Assembly: GCA_963766615.1 (NCBI GenBank)
Contig: CAVYBC010000002.1
Span: 45,308 to 109,307 of the forward strand
DNA: 64,000 bases
Source: Terriglobia bacterium
GTDB taxonomy: Bacteria > Acidobacteriota > Terriglobia > Bryobacterales > Bryobacteraceae
Direction: 5' to 3'
Part shown: in pieces, positions 57,984-64,000 of the stretch
How the letters are laid out: every line of letters begins with the position of its first letter
Position numbering within the stretch: position 1 is the first letter of the stretch
Notes under the pieces: generated by a model
Databases searched by the model: none
The model's input: the letters and a program-made list of their open reading frames with translations, nothing else
What the model was told of the DNA's origin: nothing
Position numbers and translations under genes: made by a program

Positions 57984-59114
57984 TTGAAACCCGCAGTCCT
58001 CGCCCTGGAAGACGGCACCGTCTTCGAAGGCCAGAGTTATGGTGCGCCCGTAGAACGAGCCGGCGAGGTCGTGTTCAACACCGCCATCACCGGCTACCAG
58101 GAAGTATTCACCGACCCGTCCTATTCCGGACAGATCGTCGTCCTGACCTATCCGCAAATCGGCAACTATGGGTCCAACGATGCCGACAACGAATCGGCCC
58201 GGCCTTTCATAGAGGGCCTGGTGGTCCGCGAATTTTCGCCGCTGGCCAGCAACTGGCGATCGGGTGAGACCGCGCAGCAATTTCTCACCGGCGCAGGCGT
58301 GCCCGTGATCACCGGCATCGATACACGAGGCCTGGTGCGCCACCTGCGCTCGCGCGGCGTCATGCGCGGAGTTCTCTCCGCCGGAAGTTCGCAGGATCAC
58401 CAGCAACTAGTGGACAAGGCCCGTAATTCGCCATCGATGACCGGGCTCGATCTGGCTACGGTAGTCTCGACCAAAACATCCTATCCATGGGATAAGCCCG
58501 TCGAGCCGTGCTCGCCTTCGAGCATTGTGGGCGCCGCCGCCGCGCCCGAGTTTAAAGTAGTCGCCTACGACTTCGGTATTAAACGAAACATTCTGCGGCG
58601 CCTCGTTCAGGTCGGCTGTGAGGTCACCGTAGTGCCCGCCGGAACTTCAGCCGAGGATGTACTCGCGCTGAAGCCGTCCGGAGTGTTTCTTTCCAACGGC
58701 CCCGGCGATCCCGAGCCGTTAACCGAACAAGCGGCCCAGGTTCGCAAGCTGATCGGCAAAACGCCGGTGTTTGGAATTTGCCTGGGCCACCAGATTTTGG
58801 GCCTAGCCCTGGGCGGAAAAACCTACAAGCTGAAGTTCGGACACCGCGGCGCGAATCATCCGGTAATCAACAAAATTACCAACAAAGTGGAAATCACTTC
58901 CCACAATCACGGATTCGCAGTCGACCCCGATTCGCTAAACCTGAACGAGGTCGAAATCACGCACATGAATCTGAACGATTCCACGCTGGAAGGTTTTCGC
59001 CATCGCAGCCACCCGGTGTTCTGCGTGCAGTATCATCCGGAGGCGGCTCCGGGCCCCCACGATTCCCATTACCTGTTTGACGATTTCGTGAAGCTGATGC
59101 GGGAGGCGAAGTAG
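57984..59114 (+). CDS. carA: carbamoyl-phosphate synthase small (glutaminase) subunit
   Basis: Aligns by eye with E. coli CarA from [16 protein letters not shown]. The TTG start lies 10 nt after GGAGG. The catalytic GICLGHQ motif is present. The ORF extends upstream to 57939. Confidence 0.9.
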   Translation: MKPAVLALEDGTVFEGQSYGAPVERAGEVVFNTAITGYQEVFTDPSYSGQIVVLTYPQIGNYGSNDADNESARPFIEGLVVREFSPLASNWRSGETAQQFLTGAGVPVITGIDTRGLVRHLRSRGVMRGVLSAGSSQDHQQLVDKARNSPSMTGLDLATVVSTKTSYPWDKPVEPCSPSSIVGAAAAPEFKVVAYDFGIKRNILRRLVQVGCEVTVVPAGTSAEDVLALKPSGVFLSNGPGDPEPLTEQAAQVRKLIGKTPVFGICLGHQILGLALGGKTYKLKFGHRGANHPVINKITNKVEITSHNHGFAVDPDSLNLNEVEITHMNLNDSTLEGFRHRSHPVFCVQYHPEAAPGPHDSHYLFDDFVKLMREAK

Positions 59115-62100
59115 ATGCCTCGCCGCAACGATCTGCACCGGATTCTGATCGTCGGGTCGGGTCCCATCATCATCGGCCAGGCATGCGAGTTCGACTACTC
59201 CGGCGCGCAGGCCTGCAAAGCTCTGAGGTCGGACGGCTATGAGGTGGTGCTCATCAATTCCAACCCGGCCACCATCATGACCGATCCCAACCTGGCCGAC
59301 CGCACCTACATCGAGCCACTCAGCGTCGCCTACGCCGAGGAAGTGATCCGCCGCGAACGCCCGGACGCGCTGCTCTCGACAGTCGGTGGGCAAACCGGAT
59401 TGAATCTCTCCATCGCGCTGGCCGAAGCGGGCGTGCTGGAGAAGTATGGAGTTGAGCTGATCGGCGCCAAGGTCGATTCCATCAAGAAAGCCGAAGACCG
59501 CCTGCTGTTCAAAGACGCGATGCGCAAGATCGGCCTGACGCTGCCGCAATCGCAACTGGTCAACTCCGTGGAGAAGGGCCTCGGGTTCGCCAACCGCATC
59601 GGATACCCCGTGATTCTGCGGCCCAGCTTCACCATGGGCGGGTCGGGCGGCGGCATCGCCTACAATCGCGAGGACCTGGTACAGATTCTGGAACAGGGCC
59701 TCGACCTTTCGCCGGTCCACGAAGTCCTGATCGAAGAGAGCGTGCTGGGCTGGAAAGAATTCGAGCTCGAGGTGATGCGCGACACCGCCGACAACGCCAT
59801 CATCGTCTGCTCCATCGAGAATTTCGACCCGATGGGTGTTCACACCGGCGATTCCATCACCGTGGCTCCCGCGCAAACTCTGACCGATCGCGAATATCAG
59901 ATGATGCGCGACGCCGCGCTGGCCTGCCTGCGCGAGATCGGCGTGGATACGGGCGGCTCCAACGTGCAGTTCGCCATCAATCCGCAGGATGGCCGGATGG
60001 TGATCGTGGAGATGAACCCCCGCGTATCTCGAAGCTCCGCGCTGGCTTCGAAGGCCACCGGTTTTCCCATCGCGAAAGATCGCCGCGAAGCTCGCAGTAG
60101 GATATCGCCTGGATGAAATCAAGAACGACATCACGCTGAAAACCCCCGCGTGTTTCGAGCCGACCATCGACTACGTTGTAGTGAAGATTCCTCGCTGGCA
60201 ATTCGAAAAATTCCCCGGCGCGGAGCCCGTGTTGGGCACGCAGATGAAGAGCGTTGGCGAAGTGATGGCCATCGGGCGTACCTTCAAACAGGCTCTGGGC
60301 AAGGGGATGAGGAGCCTGGAGACCGGTAAGGCCGACGGCGCCGTGAAGTACCAAGAGGATTTGATCGAGGCTCGCCTGATCACGCCCAACCCCGATCGAC
60401 TGGGTTACATTCGCTATGCGTTTGAACAAGGCTACACGGAGGAACAGGTCAATTCGCTCACCGCCGTGGACCCGTGGTTTCTGCGGCAGGTGCGCGAAAT
60501 GGTCACGCTAGAGCACGACGTCAAAGCTCTGTCGGCATCTTCCGTAACCAAAGAGCAGATGCAGCAAGCCAAGCGCGACGGCCTGTCCGACAACACGTTA
60601 GCGCGCGCCTGGAAAACGACGCCTTTAGAGGTTCGCGCGCGCCGCAAGGAATTGGGTGTCAACGCGGTCTTCAATCGCGTGGATACCTGCGCGGCAGAGT
60701 TTGAAAGCTTCACGCCTTACCTCTATTCCAGCTACGAATCGGAATGCGAGGCCTCGCCTTCGGACCGCAAGAAGGTGATGATTCTGGGCAGCGGTCCGAA
60801 TCGCATCGGGCAGGGAATCGAGTTCGATTACTGCTGCTGCCACGCCGCCTACGCGCTGAAGGATTTCGACGTGGAGTCGATCATGGTGAACTGCAACCCT
60901 GAAACCGTCTCCACCGATTACGACACCAGCGACCGTCTTTATTTCGAGCCTCTGACGCTCGAAGAAGTCCTCAACATCTGCGATACGGAAAAGCCCGACG
61001 GCGTGATCGTGCAGTTCGGAGGACAGACGCCTCTTACGCTGGCTCTACCGTTGAAAGCCGCCGGCGTGCCCATCATCGGCACCAATCCCGAAAATATCGA
61101 TCTTGCCGAAGACCGCAAACGCTTCGGCAAGCTGCTGGACGACCTAAAAATCCCGGCGCCTGAAAACGGTTCGGCCACCAACGTGGAGGGCGCCTGCGAT
61201 GTCGCCCGATCCATCGGTTTCCCTGTGCTCGTGCGCCCCAGCTACGTGCTGGGTGGCCGGGCGATGGTGATCGCCTATGACGAGGACACCGTGCGCCGCT
61301 ACATGCAGGAAGCCGTGATTTTCTCGCAGGATCGGCCCGTGCTGATCGACCGCTTCCTGGAAGACGCGACCGAGGTCGACGTCGACGCGCTAGCGGATAT
61401 GCAGGGCAGCGTTCTGATCGCCGGCATCATGGAGCACATCGAAGAAGCGGGCGTGCACTCGGGCGATTCCAGTTGCGTGCTGCCTGCCACTTCGCTGGCT
61501 CCCGAAGTGATCGCCACCATTCGCAAGTACACCGAACAACTGGCGCGCGCGCTGAACGTAATCGGGCTGATGAATATCCAGTATGCGGTAAAGGATGGCA
61601 CCGTCTACGTGCTGGAGGTGAACCCGCGAGCATCGCGCACCGTGCCATACGTCAGCAAAGCCACGGGAGTGCCGCTGGCGAAGATCGCCGTAGGGCTGAT
61701 GCTGGGCCACAAGATTTCCGACTTCACCGACAAAACGGGCGTGCTGCCCGTGCCACAATTCTTCGTGAAGTCGCCCGTGTTTCCATTCAACAAATTTCCG
61801 GGAGTCGACCCGACGCTCGGGCCGGAGATGCGCTCGACCGGCGAAGTGATGGGGGTCGGAGACAACTTCGGCGAGGCCTTCGCGAAAGCGCAATTAAGCG
61901 CAGGCACGCCGCTGCCGGACAAAGGCCGTGTGTTTATCAGCGTTAACGATAAGGACAAGTCCTCAGCCGTGGCGCTCGCCGGACGGTTCACGGAATTGGG
62001 GCTTGAGGTAACCGCCACGCGCGGAACCGCTGAGGTGATTCGCGCCGCCGGAATCCCCTGCAAGGTCGTCTTCAAAGTGAATGAAGGCCGCCCCAACGCC

Positions 62101-62346
62101 GTCGACTTGCTGAAGGCAGGCTCGCTCGACCTGATCGTTTACACCGGAACATCGGGCGCGCACGCATTCACGGATGAGAAAGCAATTCGCCGTCACGCGG
62201 TGACGTATCGCGTCCCCTGCATCACCACCATGAGCGGAGCCCGGGCCGCCGCCGAAGCCATCGCGTCGCGCCGAAGGGACCCGGTCCGCGTGTGGAGCTT
62301 GCAGGAAATCCACCAAACCAAAATGGCCGCGGATGAACGCCGATAG
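59115..62346 (+). pseudogene. carB: carbamoyl-phosphate synthase large subunit, reading frame broken near 60077 (probably a sequence error)
   Basis: ORF 59115-60116 ends ...[10 protein letters not shown] and then goes out of frame. The expected [19 protein letters not shown]... continues in the frame of ORF 60181-62346. One extra base lies in GCGAAAGATCGCC. Confidence 0.9.
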
Positions 62347-62390
62347 ACGCGGATAGAAATTAACTTCAATCGGCGTTCATCCGCGTTTGT
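62329..62390. terminator. strong hairpin terminator overlapping the carB stop
   Basis: A 16-bp perfect stem, GCGGATGAACGCCGAT (62329-44) with ATCGGCGTTCATCCGC (62369-84), then GTTTGT. It lies between convergent genes. Confidence 0.6.
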
Positions 62391-62409
62391 CGGCGGCCAT
62401 TTTTCGAAC

Positions 62410-64000
62410 CTAACGTTGAGTCAACGTATACGGGTGATCCCACAGCGCCATCGACCCAATCGAATCCCCCGTAATCACGATCTCCACGCGCCGATTGTCC
62501 TCGCGTCCTTTCGCCGTAGCATTGGACCCAAGCGGCCGCGTGTCGGACAGGTCGCGGACCGAAAGCATTGAGCTCGGCAAGCCTCGACGCGCCAACGTAT
62601 CTTCCACTGTCTGCGCGCGCCGCGCGGCCTCAGATTCGCCCGCGGCGGTATCGCAATGCCCTTGCACTTCCGCTTTCAATTCCGAGTGAGCCATCAGTAT
62701 CCGGCTAATGCGCCCGAGTTGATCATCATAGGAACTTCTCAAAACTGCGCCCGTGAATCCTGCGTCGGGAATGGTCACCACGACGCCGTATGCGGTGTCA
62801 CGCGTGGCCCCGATGCCATTCAACTGCCCTAGGAGCCGCGACCGCGCTTCACGTTGCGCCGATTCGCGGGCCTGTTTGTCATGCTCGGCATTTACAGTTG
62901 CCACTACAGTGGCGGTTTTGGCGCGCTCCGCATCCAGCTTGGCTTGAATGTCGGCAGCCTTGCTCTGCGCCTCTAGAGCCTGTTGCTCGGCCTGCCGCCG
63001 GGCATTGCGGTCCGCTGTTGCCTGCGCGATCGCAGCGTCGGATTTCGCTTGTGCCTCGCGAGCCTGGGCCTGGGCCTCCGCGCGCGCCGCATCGGCTTGC
63101 AGGGTCGCCTGCTGTGCTCTGGATGCGTCGGACTGAGCTGAGGCCAGCTTCTCTTGCTGCTGGCGCTGTTCCGAGATCATCCGCGCGTCCTCAGCCGATT
63201 GCGCCGCTTCACGCGCTTCCTGGATCGCCAGAGTTCTATCGGCCTTCCTCGCATGGCGCTGCTGCGCCTGGTTAAGCAGCGATTCCGCCTTGGCCAGCCC
63301 GTCTGGGGCATACTGCGCGGCTCCCGCCGTGCGAGCTACTCCAATCGCGTTTTGCGCCTGATAGATTTCGATCAGCTCTTCATATTCACGAGCCGATACC
63401 TTGGGTCCGTTCGCCTCCGCGGCCTGTAGAGTCGCTGGAACCTCCCACGCGTAATGTCCTCGCGGAAGAAGTTCATAACGCGCGTTTACCTGTTCGATGA
63501 TGCCCGTAGTATCCGGGCGAACCTGGTTCTCCATCACCACCACATCGCTCGGTTGACGCACCGCCGAGTACGGCTCAGCGGTCACAATCATGGCGAAAGC
63601 CTGCAGATCGGTAGTCACCAGAATGTGGCTGCGGTCCACGCTATTGGGAATCACTTCGCCCAGGTTGTGCGGACGGCCATCCGGCGTAAGCGCCCAAAGA
63701 ACATAGGTTAGATATTCGCGGCCGAAAGTGGAAGGCACGGTTACGTGATTAAAGCTCACGTCGATTTCCGTGCGGCCTTGCTTGGATTGAACCACGGCTT
63801 CGCCCTTCGCCTTGGGCATCAGAACCGTGCCCCTGAAATCAATCATCGTAGGCTCGGATCGGTACTGATAGTTGATAGCCTTGACGGTTCGTTCTACCAC
63901 CGTTACGCGATAGATCGGCACATGATCGTCAGGGATGTGGCCGTCAGCCGAAACCTGAGCCTGCTGGCAGAATATCGGCAGCGGACAGATCGCCAGAAAT
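62410..64000 (-). CDS. OmpA-family protein with a long Ala/Gln-rich coiled coil (5-prime end outside the window)
   Basis: C-terminal OmpA-like domain (GHCDTAAGESEAARRAQTVEDTL...NRRVEIVI). The frame stays open upstream of the GTG at 63921 to the window edge (..LAICPLPIFCQQAQVSA looks like a signal peptide). Confidence 0.75.
   Translation of the reverse strand, partial: FLAICPLPIFCQQAQVSADGHIPDDHVPIYRVTVVERTVKAINYQYRSEPTMIDFRGTVLMPKAKGEAVVQSKQGRTEIDVSFNHVTVPSTFGREYLTYVLWALTPDGRPHNLGEVIPNSVDRSHILVTTDLQAFAMIVTAEPYSAVRQPSDVVVMENQVRPDTTGIIEQVNARYELLPRGHYAWEVPATLQAAEANGPKVSAREYEELIEIYQAQNAIGVARTAGAAQYAPDGLAKAESLLNQAQQRHARKADRTLAIQEAREAAQSAEDARMISEQRQQQEKLASAQSDASRAQQATLQADAARAEAQAQAREAQAKSDAAIAQATADRNARRQAEQQALEAQSKAADIQAKLDAERAKTATVVATVNAEHDKQARESAQREARSRLLGQLNGIGATRDTAYGVVVTIPDAGFTGAVLRSSYDDQLGRISRILMAHSELKAEVQGHCDTAAGESEAARRAQTVEDTLARRGLPSSMLSVRDLSDTRPLGSNATAKGREDNRRVEIVITGDSIGSMALWDHPYTLTQR

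Noticed and set aside
6428-60079. Programmed ribosomal frameshifting as the explanation for the split genes
   Set aside because: The seven shift sites share no slippery motif, no prfB-like CUU-UGA context and no upstream SD-like stimulator. These families are not known to use frameshifting.
1-64000. CRISPR arrays, rRNA and tRNA genes
   Set aside because: I saw no regularly spaced direct repeats and no rRNA-like stretches. The only T-loop-like string (GGTTCGAAA at about 311) is part of the RBS region of the receptor gene. A tRNAscan would be needed for certainty.

Overview
High-GC (roughly 58 %) bacterial chromosomal segment. The gene content suggests an Acidobacteria-type soil bacterium, based on a PadR regulator next to an ADOP-type duplicated FtsX permease, DUF1592/DUF1552 gene pairs, and many Sec/Tat-exported proteins of unknown function. 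This taxon call is inference only. I support about 55 protein genes, one intact IS630-family element, one decayed transposase relic, and no rRNA, tRNA or CRISPR. Recognisable housekeeping or accessory genes are: a TonB-dependent receptor plus PiuC-like hydroxylase, GntR and LysR regulators, two divergent PQQ dehydrogenases, folB, a B3 metallo-beta-lactamase, a multicopper oxidase, cbrC, mop, an ECF sigma/anti-sigma/Spy-like operon, an RND pump plus adaptor, a short SecA paralog coupled to a GT2 glycosyltransferase, a BNR protein, metX-metW, a VapBC-like toxin-antitoxin pair, carA-carB, and an OmpA-family protein. Four things deserve a second look. (1) Two diverged tandem copies of a three-gene module (di-CxxCH DUF1592-type protein, Tat-signal DUF1552 protein, exported ankyrin-repeat protein) lie directly downstream of a PQQ dehydrogenase and are split by an IS630 insertion. 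(2) An uncharacterised exported protein family has four paralogs in the window, two of them paired with small DUF6152-like proteins whose predicted mature N-terminus is His-His; the two pairs sit in inverted orientation around a small island. (3) A short SecA paralog has its GTG start overlapping the stop of a GT2 gene. (4) There are eight reading-frame lesions in six genes, including carB, which must be either assembly indels or real gene decay. Several structured non-coding elements are also listed: a 111-bp compound inverted repeat, TGCATGCA-core palindromes, a PadR promoter-operator, and strong terminators.
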